Assembly: GCA_965216315.1 (NCBI GenBank)
Contig: CBDCFN010000016.1
Span: forward strand, 392,378 to 456,377
DNA from: a bacterium
Lineage (GTDB): Bacteria; UBA10199; 2-02-FULL-50-16; JAJFLM01
DNA: 64,000 nucleotides
Direction: 5' to 3'
In this document: in pieces, positions 31,232 to 40,230 of the stretch
How the letters are laid out: each line of letters starts with the position of its first letter
How positions within the stretch are numbered: the stretch's first letter is position 1
Notes under the pieces: model-generated
The model's input: only the letters and a program-made list of their open reading frames with translations
Told to the model about the DNA's origin: nothing
The model's database searches: none
Position numbers and translations under genes: made by a program

Positions 31232-32678
31232 ATTGTTCAGCAGAGTTGAGACAGAGGGTCTTAAGTGCTGCCACTGGAAAAGTAATACTACGCTAGAAGA
31301 GGCACTTGAGGGGAAGGGCGACCTGGATCTTCTTGTGCCCAATATCAGACGAGAGGAATTTGAAGCTCTTGTGATGAAGTTAGGGTTTAAGGAAACTAGG
31401 CGGCAATCATGGGAGTCTCAGGCGGACATTGTCCACTATTATGGTTTAGATGCGAGCAGCAATAAATTTGTTCACCTGCATATCTATTATAAGCTAATTT
31501 CAGGCGGAAGTTTGTTAAAGAAATATCATTTTACATGTGAAGATAGACTGTTTGAAAGCACTTCCAAGTTGCATAATGTAAATATTCCACAGCCTGAACT
31601 AGAACTTGTATTACTCGTAATTAGGAAAATCTTAGAGCACGCTTATTGGCCTGAATATTTTCTCTTGAAAAGAGAATATGGTGGGATGCTTGAGGAACTC
31701 AGAGACCTTTCCGAAAAAAGTGATAGCGCGAAAATAAGAGATATTATTGCAAAGGCGTTTCCTGAGATATCTTGGGATGAGTTCTCAAAGTATCAAGAGG
31801 TTCTTTTGGGTGGTGCGCCTCGGGAACGCCGCAAGCTTTCAAGGCAGTTAAAAAATAAACTATCTCATCTAATGATTATTTCAGAGCGAAGAGGGTTCTT
31901 CCAGGTATACTATCGGTTCTTGCGGAAAATATTCCAGAAATTCATTTTGAAGAGAAAATCTCAAACTCTCGTGTCGGGAGGAGCGGTGATTGCCTTTGTT
32001 GGCCCGGATGCTTCTGGAAAGTCGACAATTGCGAGTCAAATTAGTGGCTGGCTAAAAGAAAATTTTTGGGTATGCAACTTCCACGTAGGTAAGCCAAAGG
32101 CATCCTTGCTGACAGTTGTTCCAAGACTGACTCTACCTTTGATTAGGAAACTATTTCCACAATCTAGGTCTTCCTATATTGAAAATGAAGCACCTGCATC
32201 AGAGAGGGAAATGAAAAAGTCCCTTCTGTATTTTATTCGTAGATTAATGGTTGCTTATGACAGGCTGAGAGCAGCCAGAAAAGCAGTAAAGCTGGCAGGA
32301 AAGGGAAGTATTGTTATTTGTGATAGATACCCATCGAGTAGCGTTGGTGCTATGGATGGTCCACAGTTGGAATGTTTTGTGAAAAATTTAGGTAATAATT
32401 CAATTCGTAAATTTATTGCTAGAAAGGAAAAGGAAATCTACGGGCAGATTTCATCTCCTGATGTGCTGATACAGCTGATTACATCGTATGAAACGGCTGT
32501 TGAGAGAAATAAAGGACGCAAAGATAAAACGGCTGATCCGGATGAATATCTTCGACGTAGGCACCAGCAAAAAATTAACCCTATTGATGCCAGTAAACAT
32601 TATTCTAAGCTCGAAACACTTGGAACTCTAAGCGAGTCGTTTTCAATTGCTCAAGAGAGAATCTGGGCAGCTTTGTAA
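31212..32678 (+). CDS. two-domain protein: N-terminal domain with GKGDLDLLV (polymerase-beta-like NTase motif?) + C-terminal thymidylate-kinase-like P-loop domain
   Basis: The C-terminal Walker A motif is AFVGPDASGKST. A DRY-type motif ICDRYPSS follows, as in dTMP kinase. The N-terminal roughly 240 aa carries LEGKGDLDLLV. Confidence 0.45.
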   Translation: MLTLVSELFSRVETEGLKCCHWKSNTTLEEALEGKGDLDLLVPNIRREEFEALVMKLGFKETRRQSWESQADIVHYYGLDASSNKFVHLHIYYKLISGGSLLKKYHFTCEDRLFESTSKLHNVNIPQPELELVLLVIRKILEHAYWPEYFLLKREYGGMLEELRDLSEKSDSAKIRDIIAKAFPEISWDEFSKYQEVLLGGAPRERRKLSRQLKNKLSHLMIISERRGFFQVYYRFLRKIFQKFILKRKSQTLVSGGAVIAFVGPDASGKSTIASQISGWLKENFWVCNFHVGKPKASLLTVVPRLTLPLIRKLFPQSRSSYIENEAPASEREMKKSLLYFIRRLMVAYDRLRAARKAVKLAGKGSIVICDRYPSSSVGAMDGPQLECFVKNLGNNSIRKFIARKEKEIYGQISSPDVLIQLITSYETAVERNKGRKDKTADPDEYLRRRHQQKINPIDASKHYSKLETLGTLSESFSIAQERIWAAL

Positions 32679-32682
32679 TGCT

Positions 32683-33906
32683 ATGAAAATTATTATTGTT
32701 ATCAACGATGCATTTTCAGCCTGGATATTTAGAAGGGGTCTGATCAAATCTCTCGTCGCAACGACGGGAAATCAGGTTCTGGTGCTAGCACCTAAGAGTG
32801 AGAAATATTCTCAATTGATTAAAAGTATCGGTGCCAAACATATACCTATACCAATAAAACGTTTCATTCATCCAATAAGCGATCTTGTATTGTGTTTAAG
32901 GATATATAAAATTTTCAAAAAAGAAAAACCAGATGTCATTCATTCATTCACAATTAAGCCCAACATATATGCGGCACTTATTGGGAAATTTCTAGGTGTT
33001 CAATCAATATTTTGCTCTGTCACTGGTTTAGGTGCCGTCTATGCAAGAGATGCGCATGCCTCATTAAAGGTAATGAGGATTTTAATTACACCACTTTATT
33101 ATTTGGCGTGTAAATATTGTACTCGATTCTCATTTCAGAATGCTGATGATATGGAATACTTTATATCGAAAAAAATTCTGAGTGAAAGGAAGGCAGTGTT
33201 GATTAGAAGCTCCGGAGTTAATCTTGATGAATATTCTATGGAAGCTGCAGATACTCAAAGTGCGAAAAAAGAAATGGTACTAAGTGGTAATGAGAAAATT
33301 ATTTTAATGGTTGCGAGAGCTATTTGGAGTAAGGGAGTACGTGAATTTATCGAATCATCTAGGGAAGTAAATCGATTAAATACACCTGCTAGATATATAT
33401 TAATTGGCAGCGTAGAGTCTGGTCCCGACGCAGTACCGTTGAATTATTTACAGTCAAATGCTTCGCATAACTTCCAATGGCTTGGCTTTAAAGATCAAAT
33501 CAGAGACTATATTGCTGCATCTGATATTGTTGTTTTACCATCATTTTATCCAGAGGGTGTGCCACGTTGCTTGCTAGAGGCGATGGCGCTTGGGAAGCCT
33601 ATTATTACGACGGACAATGTTGGTTGCAAAGAAGTAATCGAACACGAAAAAAATGGCTACATGATTCCAGTGAAGAATTCACAGGCTTTAGCTGACGCAG
33701 TGGAAAAGCTATTAAGTAATCCGTCGATAATGCAGGAATATGGACGATATTCTCGCGTTAAAATCGAAAGAGAATTTAGCGAAGGTCTAGTAATAGCCGA
33801 AACTTTGAGTAAATTATATAAGTTTGATTCTGTGAGTGATTCTGAGACTAGTTGTATGGACAGTAGTTCATTAGATTTGAGTCGATCCGACGAGTTAAGT
33901 GGATAA
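32683..33906 (+). CDS. glycosyltransferase family 4
   Basis: The E-x7-E region EGVPRCLLEAMALGKPIITTDNVGCKEVIEHEKNGY is present. The internal ATG at 32683 (MKIIIV) is preferred over the overlapping track start. Confidence 0.75.
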   Translation: MKIIIVINDAFSAWIFRRGLIKSLVATTGNQVLVLAPKSEKYSQLIKSIGAKHIPIPIKRFIHPISDLVLCLRIYKIFKKEKPDVIHSFTIKPNIYAALIGKFLGVQSIFCSVTGLGAVYARDAHASLKVMRILITPLYYLACKYCTRFSFQNADDMEYFISKKILSERKAVLIRSSGVNLDEYSMEAADTQSAKKEMVLSGNEKIILMVARAIWSKGVREFIESSREVNRLNTPARYILIGSVESGPDAVPLNYLQSNASHNFQWLGFKDQIRDYIAASDIVVLPSFYPEGVPRCLLEAMALGKPIITTDNVGCKEVIEHEKNGYMIPVKNSQALADAVEKLLSNPSIMQEYGRYSRVKIEREFSEGLVIAETLSKLYKFDSVSDSETSCMDSSSLDLSRSDELSG

Positions 33907-35239
33907 CATATTATTTACATTTATATATTTACTGATTCCCGTTGCATCTTATCAAGTGCTGAAGGCGGCGCGTGTTGATCCATTTCGGGTAACAGTCCCT
34001 TCTATATTTTTTTGGTACTATCTGATGATTGCATATATAGGGATTTTACCAATTTGGTTTGATTGGACTTGGTATGACTATATAGACACAAGTAATAAAG
34101 AGCTTATTCTTGCCATGTACTTTTATAGCGCTTCCTGTCTCTTGCTTGTCATGGTTGGGTTTTTCTTTATGTCGCGTATGCGAGGATCGCAGGTCGCTGC
34201 GGATTGGACTCCACCTAAGGCGATGAAGAAAATTGTTAATATTCCGATATTGATACTTGTTTTGATTTGTGCCGCTGTTACCGCGCTTTACTTAAGAAAT
34301 TTTTCTTCATCAGTAATGAGTCTGGTAGTCTCAGGTGAAGTAGGTCAGGTGAAAGAGATGAGAAGTCAGATGGGGAATGATTTTGCTGGTCAGGGCCGCT
34401 ATCATTATTATAGCATTTTTTTTAAAACCCTGCTCCCATTTTGTGTGTATCTTCTGTTGGCTCAAGCAATCATCGTTAAAAGGACATTTGCTAGAGTTTT
34501 CGCATTTCTGACCTTAGGTGGAGCTGTTTATGCAACTCTAATGGCAGGAGAGAAGGCACCAATTATCTGGCTTCTGTGTGGATGCTTCTTAGTTTATATC
34601 CATGCTCGCAAAGGGAACATTAGGCCCCGTACGGTTGTTGCAATGATAGCGTGCACGGCAATGATCATTGTGGGGCTGATCACAATGTTTGTTGGGGGGG
34701 AAGGCCGTACTGTAGCTGATTTGTCTGGATGGATTGTTAGCAGAATATTTGTTGGTGGCATCGTTCCAGCTTATTTTTATTTGCAGATGTTTCCTGGCCA
34801 CCACGAATATTTATGGGGCGCTTCTTTGCCGAATCCAAGGAACATATTTCCCTGGGAACATTATCGTTTGACGGTTGAAGTGTCAGAATTTATGAAGGGT
34901 GGGGTGGCAACTTCCGATACGGTTGGTTCGGCACCAACTGCGTTTTGGGCGGAAGCATTTGTTAATTTTGGTCCTACTGGTCCTTTAATCGTGGCGCCGA
35001 TTATCGGCATTATAATCTACATTATTCATATCTTGTTAGGGCGATTGAAAGATAGCCCAATTAAAACAGCGTTGATTGTGTGGGTCGCCGTTCATTTTAT
35101 GAAATTGGCAGAATCTGGGATTACCGGTTATCTTTTGGATCTCGATTTGCTGCTAATTCTATTTATCAGTGGTTTGTTGTTGGTTGTTGATGGGCAGGTA
35201 CGGCTTTTACCTAAGCGGATAGTAACTAATGCGGTTTAA
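33899..35239 (+). CDS. polytopic membrane protein, candidate O-antigen polymerase (Wzy-like)
   Basis: 446 aa with about 10-12 TM segments and one larger loop. It sits immediately upstream of a Wzx gene, as in wzy-wzx pairs. Confidence 0.4.
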   Translation: MDNILFTFIYLLIPVASYQVLKAARVDPFRVTVPSIFFWYYLMIAYIGILPIWFDWTWYDYIDTSNKELILAMYFYSASCLLLVMVGFFFMSRMRGSQVAADWTPPKAMKKIVNIPILILVLICAAVTALYLRNFSSSVMSLVVSGEVGQVKEMRSQMGNDFAGQGRYHYYSIFFKTLLPFCVYLLLAQAIIVKRTFARVFAFLTLGGAVYATLMAGEKAPIIWLLCGCFLVYIHARKGNIRPRTVVAMIACTAMIIVGLITMFVGGEGRTVADLSGWIVSRIFVGGIVPAYFYLQMFPGHHEYLWGASLPNPRNIFPWEHYRLTVEVSEFMKGGVATSDTVGSAPTAFWAEAFVNFGPTGPLIVAPIIGIIIYIIHILLGRLKDSPIKTALIVWVAVHFMKLAESGITGYLLDLDLLLILFISGLLLVVDGQVRLLPKRIVTNAV

Positions 35240-36518
35240 CTTACATAAATCGGAATTTGTCCGACATGCATTTACATTGTCTGCTGGGACGACATTAGCG
35301 CAGGTTATTCCAATTATTGCCGCACCATTTCTGACGAGACTTTATGCTCCAGCTGATTTCGGTGTCTTTGCAACAATTCTAGCATTTTCATCAGCTGCTG
35401 TTATATTGGCAACGGGGCGTTATGAGCATTCGATTGTTATCCCGAAGCTCAATGCAGATGCCGCAAGTATTGTGCTCGGTATTATAGGCATAGCGATCAT
35501 TGTTAGCAGCGGGTTAGCTGTAGTCTTTGTACTTGCTCAGGGTGTGATAGTAGAACTTTTTAAGATTACGATTTCCGAGGTATGGATTAGTATTGTTCCC
35601 GCGATTGTATTGTTGTTAGCAGTCCAGAGTTCATTAAGTTACTGGGCAACGCGAAATAAGAAATTCAGACGTTTAGCACTAAGTCGTATAGTCACCTCAG
35701 GATTTACAGCTGTTTCAAGTTTGCTATTGGGAATATCAGGATATGGTGCCGAGGGACTGATTATAGGAATGATTGTTGGTCTCGTGGCCTGCAACTGCTT
35801 GTTGGCAATTCAGCTGCTGCGGGAGGATATGGAAATTTTTAGAAAGACGAATTTGTCATCGATTTTTCTACAGTTGAAGACGTATTCGAAATTTCCTAAG
35901 TACTCGGTGGCGGCTGATTTTTCAAATGTGCTGACGAATCAACTTCCTGTTCTCCTCTTATCATCGTTATTTGGGGTTGCAGCTTCTGGATTCTATTCTC
36001 TTACGAATCGAGTGCTTGGAAAGCCTGTATCAATCATTTCAGGAGCGGTATCAGATGTGTTTAAGCAGAAGGCCGGGCAGGACTTTGCCGAATATGGCAC
36101 TTGCCGCCCTTTATTTATAAAGACGGCGCGATCACTTACACTGATGTCTATATTGCCTTTCCTTGTTCTCATTTTATTTGCACCAAATCTTTTTGTTCTG
36201 GTTTTTGGAAGTTCGTGGAAAGAAGCAGGAGAGTTTGCGAGAATTCTCGCCATACTCTTTGCAGTCCGTTTTACGGTAAGTCCGTTAAGTTATGTCATTT
36301 ATATCGTGCAGAAGCAGGAATATGATTTGATTTGGCAATTAGCTCTTCTAGCAATGTCTGTTATGAGTATTTATCTTGGTTTCTGGGCTGGAAATGTTCT
36401 CTACAGCATTGGGTTCTATTCAATTGCGTATTCAGCGATGTACATAGTGTATGCATTGCTGTCATATAATTTGTCTAAAGGAGATGGGGAACTTAAATTA
36501 GGAGTCTCGGAGACATGA
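35229..36518 (+). CDS. wzx: Wzx-type oligosaccharide flippase (PST family) copy 2
   Basis: The N-terminus FTLSAGTTLAQVIPIIAAPFLTRLYAPADFGVFA is a hallmark of the PST family. The protein is 429 aa with about 12 TM segments. Confidence 0.7.
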   Translation: MRFNLHKSEFVRHAFTLSAGTTLAQVIPIIAAPFLTRLYAPADFGVFATILAFSSAAVILATGRYEHSIVIPKLNADAASIVLGIIGIAIIVSSGLAVVFVLAQGVIVELFKITISEVWISIVPAIVLLLAVQSSLSYWATRNKKFRRLALSRIVTSGFTAVSSLLLGISGYGAEGLIIGMIVGLVACNCLLAIQLLREDMEIFRKTNLSSIFLQLKTYSKFPKYSVAADFSNVLTNQLPVLLLSSLFGVAASGFYSLTNRVLGKPVSIISGAVSDVFKQKAGQDFAEYGTCRPLFIKTARSLTLMSILPFLVLILFAPNLFVLVFGSSWKEAGEFARILAILFAVRFTVSPLSYVIYIVQKQEYDLIWQLALLAMSVMSIYLGFWAGNVLYSIGFYSIAYSAMYIVYALLSYNLSKGDGELKLGVSET

Positions 36519-37141
36519 TTACGATAGTCGACTATGGAATGGGTAATTTGGCTTCAATAAAGAATATGCTGCGTAAACTTGGAGAGGATTCAATTATATC
36601 AAATGATCCAAAGGATATAGAGGCTGCGTCTTCGCTGATCTTACCAGGCGTTGGAGCTTTCGACTATGGAATGAAAAATATGAAACGACTGAATCTTATT
36701 CAAGTACTTGAATCAAAGGTTTTAGGTGAAAGAGTACCTATGCTAGGGATATGTCTTGGCATGCAGCTCTTGACTAAAAAAAGTGAAGAAGGATCTGAAG
36801 ACGGACTCGGCTGGGTCAATGCGGTTACCGTGAAGTTTGAACAAGATAGTATAGGTAAGAGTTTGAAAGTTCCTCATATGGGATGGAACGCAATAAAAAT
36901 GAAGAACTCACCCTTATTTGCTGATCTCGAAGATAAGAGCCGTTTCTATTTTGTTCATTCATATTATGTGAAGACTACGCATGAAGAAAATATTGCTGCA
37001 ACGACGACTTATGGTCAAGAATTCACTTCAGCTATCAACGACGATAATATATATGGTGTACAATTTCATCCAGAAAAGAGCCACCGTTATGGAATGCAGC
37101 TACTACGCAACTTTATAGGAATATCTACTAGTGCTTCTTAA
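36515..37141 (+). CDS. HisH-like glutamine amidotransferase (WbuY-like)
   Basis: The protein reads MITIVDYGMGNLASIKNMLRKLG...GICLGMQLL with a class I GATase Cys. The RBS is GGAG. The gene order hisH-hisF-wbpG matches the P. aeruginosa wbp cluster. Confidence 0.85.
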   Translation: MITIVDYGMGNLASIKNMLRKLGEDSIISNDPKDIEAASSLILPGVGAFDYGMKNMKRLNLIQVLESKVLGERVPMLGICLGMQLLTKKSEEGSEDGLGWVNAVTVKFEQDSIGKSLKVPHMGWNAIKMKNSPLFADLEDKSRFYFVHSYYVKTTHEENIAATTTYGQEFTSAINDDNIYGVQFHPEKSHRYGMQLLRNFIGISTSAS

Positions 37142-37916
37142 TAGATTGATTCCCGTCCTTTTGCTTAAGGATGGCGGGCTTGTAAAGACAAGGAAATTTG
37201 CAGATCCTGTCTATCTTGGCGATCCCGTCAACGCAGTGAAAATATTTAATGAGAAATGTGTTGATGAACTGATAATCCTAGATATTACGGCAAGTCTTTC
37301 GAAGTCAAAGCCTCAATTGCAGCTCATTGAAGAGGTAGCAGGAGAATGTTTTATGCCTATTGCTTACGGAGGAGGCATTAGAGATTTGGAAGATATTAGA
37401 GCTATTTTGAGCCTAGGTGTTGAAAAAGTAGTTCTAAATACCATTTTTTCAGAGTGCCCTGGATTAGTGAGAGAGGCAGCAGATATGTTTGGAAGTCAGA
37501 GTATCGTTGTATCCTTTGATGTGAAGAGGAATTTATTTGGTAAGACTGCTGTATACGCGGTGGGTGGAAGGCGCCGTGTGAGTATGTCGCCTGTGGATTA
37601 TGCACAATTTGCTGAAGACCAGGGAGCGGGAGAGCTATTTGTTAACTCCATCGATAGAGATGGATCAATGGCCGGATTCGATCTAGAGTTAATCAATGAA
37701 GTAACTCATTCAGTAAAGATTCCTACAATTGTATGTGGTGGTGCCGGGAGTTTAGCGGATTGTAAGCTAGCATTAAATTCGGGCGCGTCAGCTGTGGCCG
37801 CAGGAAGCTACTTTGTATTTCAGGGGAAGCACAGGGCTGTCCTGATATCATATCCATCCGAAGAAGAAATAAATAAAGTGATTAACGTCAGTGGAGAAAA
37901 AAATGCAAATAAATGA
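37131..37916 (+). CDS. HisF-like cyclase subunit homolog (WbuZ-like)
   Basis: The N-terminus LIPVLLLKDGGLVKTRKF and the block DELIILDITAS indicate a HisA/HisF TIM-barrel family protein. Confidence 0.85.
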   Translation: MLLNRLIPVLLLKDGGLVKTRKFADPVYLGDPVNAVKIFNEKCVDELIILDITASLSKSKPQLQLIEEVAGECFMPIAYGGGIRDLEDIRAILSLGVEKVVLNTIFSECPGLVREAADMFGSQSIVVSFDVKRNLFGKTAVYAVGGRRRVSMSPVDYAQFAEDQGAGELFVNSIDRDGSMAGFDLELINEVTHSVKIPTIVCGGAGSLADCKLALNSGASAVAAGSYFVFQGKHRAVLISYPSEEEINKVINVSGEKNANK

Positions 37917-39087
37917 GTATAGAATTTGTAATTGGTGTGTAATGGATACGACGGATCCTCAAATATCTTTTGATGAGAACGGGATTTGCAATCATTGTAA
38001 AGAATCTCAAGTAATGCTGGAGAAAATAAGTAGTTCTACATATGCTGCTAGGCAGTTAGAGCTAGGCCAAATTGTAGAGGAAATAAAAAAGGTAGGTGAA
38101 AAAAATGAATATGATTGCATCATCGGTTTGAGCGGTGGGGTTGATAGTTCATATCTAGCGTATTTGGCAAAAAAACTTGGACTAAGAGTGCTAGCAATTC
38201 ATGTTGATACCGGTTGGAACTCAGAGCTCGCGGTGAAAAATATTGAGCTCCTAGTGAGAAGGCTAGGCATTGATCTTTATACATTTGTTGTCGATTGGCC
38301 GGAAATGAGAGATCTCCAATTATCATTTCTGAAGGCTGCGGTTGCTAATCAGGATACACCTCAAGACCATGTGATACATGCCGCTCTTCATAGAGTCGCC
38401 GTAGAAAAAAAGATCAGTTATATTTTATCGGGTAGTAATTATTCTACTGAATGCATTCTTCCCAAGGCATGGGGGCACAGTGCAATGGATCTTCGGCAGA
38501 TAAAGGCGATACAAAAGAAGTATGGTACTGTAAAGTTAAAGAAATTTCCGCAATTAGGACTCTTTAAATATTATATTTATTACCCTTATATAAGACGGCT
38601 CAAGACAATTAAGCTACTGAACTATTATAACTACGTGAAATCAGAAGCGATGCAGGTTTTGGAGCAGGATCTTGGATGGAGATATTATGGTGGAAAGCAC
38701 TATGAGTCAGTGTTTACGAAATTTTTTCAGTCTTATTATCTTCCCGAAAAATTTGGTTTTGACAAACGAAAAGCCCACCTTGCAAGTTTAATTGCCTCAG
38801 GGCAAATGACAAGGGATGATGCATTGGTGGAGTTACAGCAACCTCTATATAATGAAAAAGAGTTGGTGGAGGATAAAGGGTATATTTGTAAGAAGCTTGG
38901 GCTTACAGTGGAAAAATTCGATGAATTATTGAGCGCCCCTAATAAGCACTATTTGCAGTATCCATCAGGACAAATGTTTTTTAAAATAAAAGGTAAGCTT
39001 GGGAGCGTGAAGAGGTATTTAAAAAGAATAATCTCTCAGAATCGCCCAATTACCTCTCCGAGAGAAGAAGTGAAATCCAAGAGCTAA
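37891..39087 (+). CDS. N-acetyl sugar amidotransferase (WbpG/WbuX/LfnA family; acetamidino-group synthesis)
   Basis: An N-terminal Cys4 ribbon reads CNWCVMDT...CNHC. The PP-loop reads IIGLSGGVDSSYLAYL. The start may be the second Met at 37903. Confidence 0.8.
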   Translation: MEKKMQINEYRICNWCVMDTTDPQISFDENGICNHCKESQVMLEKISSSTYAARQLELGQIVEEIKKVGEKNEYDCIIGLSGGVDSSYLAYLAKKLGLRVLAIHVDTGWNSELAVKNIELLVRRLGIDLYTFVVDWPEMRDLQLSFLKAAVANQDTPQDHVIHAALHRVAVEKKISYILSGSNYSTECILPKAWGHSAMDLRQIKAIQKKYGTVKLKKFPQLGLFKYYIYYPYIRRLKTIKLLNYYNYVKSEAMQVLEQDLGWRYYGGKHYESVFTKFFQSYYLPEKFGFDKRKAHLASLIASGQMTRDDALVELQQPLYNEKELVEDKGYICKKLGLTVEKFDELLSAPNKHYLQYPSGQMFFKIKGKLGSVKRYLKRIISQNRPITSPREEVKSKS

Positions 39088-39101
39088 GTCGTAAAGAAAT
39101 C

Positions 39102-40229
39102 ATGAAATTATGTGTGCATCTGACGCTTAAGTCTAAGCTTATGACATCTCGTATTCTTAGAGAGTGTAGGACAGGTGTGTCTCAGGGAGTATTCGATCAT
39201 GTTGAGGTCGTCGGCCTTAAAGAAGATGGGTTCCCAACGGTGGATACAGTGGAAGAAGGCATTACGGTTAGTAGAATTGATCTCAAGTCTAAACGTTTTT
39301 CTAAGATACTCATGATGCAACTCTTTAAGTATTGTGAATGGGTATATCGATTATTGAAACAATATAAGAATAGAAAAGTTTCCGTTATTCATTGTCATGG
39401 ATTAGGGACTTTGCCTGCCTCATTGGTTTTGAAGTGGCGATATGGATGTAAGCTTGTCTATGACGCGCATGAATTAGAGACCGAAAGTTCAGGCCTTAGT
39501 GGGATGCGAAAGGCATTAAGTAAGATAGTTGAAAGAATATGTATAAAACACGTAGATAGTGTTCTCGTAGTTAGTGATTCCATTGCAGCATGGTATGAAA
39601 AGAAGTACCCGATGCAAGAGCCATTTGTTGTTAGGAATGTTCCATACGCCCTTAAATCTATCGATAAAAATGGGGCCCTCAGAGATGAGTTTGGGCTAAG
39701 CTCTCTCGATTTAATTTTCTTATATCAAGGTGGGTTCGAAGCAGGACGGGGAATTGAAACCATGCTGGATGTATTTACTGATGGAAATGATAATAGGCAT
39801 CTAGTTTTCATGGGGTATGGCTCTTTATCTGGGAAGATAAAGTCTTATGCTGAAAAATACCCTAATATTCATTATCGAGATGCAGTTAGTTCTGATGATT
39901 TGCTTAAGTATACAGCAAGTGCAGATGTTGGGATGAGCTTAATTGAGAATTCATGTTTAAGCTATTTCTATTCATTACCTAATAAACTATTTGAATACAT
40001 GATGGCTGGCTTGCCAATCATTGGAAGTGATTTTCCTGAAATTAAGAAGGTAATCAAACGCAATGATTGCGGGTGGGTGGTTGATGCAGAGCCTCATTAT
40101 CTCAAGAGCATGATTAGGGATATTAAAAGAGCTGACATCCAAGATAAAGCTGAGGGCGCAAAAAAAGCGCGGCATGATTACACTTGGGAAAAAGAACAGA
40201 CTGTGCTTCTAGCGGCATATAACGCATAG
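39102..40229 (+). CDS. glycosyltransferase family 4
   Basis: The C-terminal GT4 motif NKLFEYMMAGLPIIGSDFPEIKKVI is present. It is a paralog of the next gene. Confidence 0.7.
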   Translation: MKLCVHLTLKSKLMTSRILRECRTGVSQGVFDHVEVVGLKEDGFPTVDTVEEGITVSRIDLKSKRFSKILMMQLFKYCEWVYRLLKQYKNRKVSVIHCHGLGTLPASLVLKWRYGCKLVYDAHELETESSGLSGMRKALSKIVERICIKHVDSVLVVSDSIAAWYEKKYPMQEPFVVRNVPYALKSIDKNGALRDEFGLSSLDLIFLYQGGFEAGRGIETMLDVFTDGNDNRHLVFMGYGSLSGKIKSYAEKYPNIHYRDAVSSDDLLKYTASADVGMSLIENSCLSYFYSLPNKLFEYMMAGLPIIGSDFPEIKKVIKRNDCGWVVDAEPHYLKSMIRDIKRADIQDKAEGAKKARHDYTWEKEQTVLLAAYNA

Positions 40230-40230
40230 A

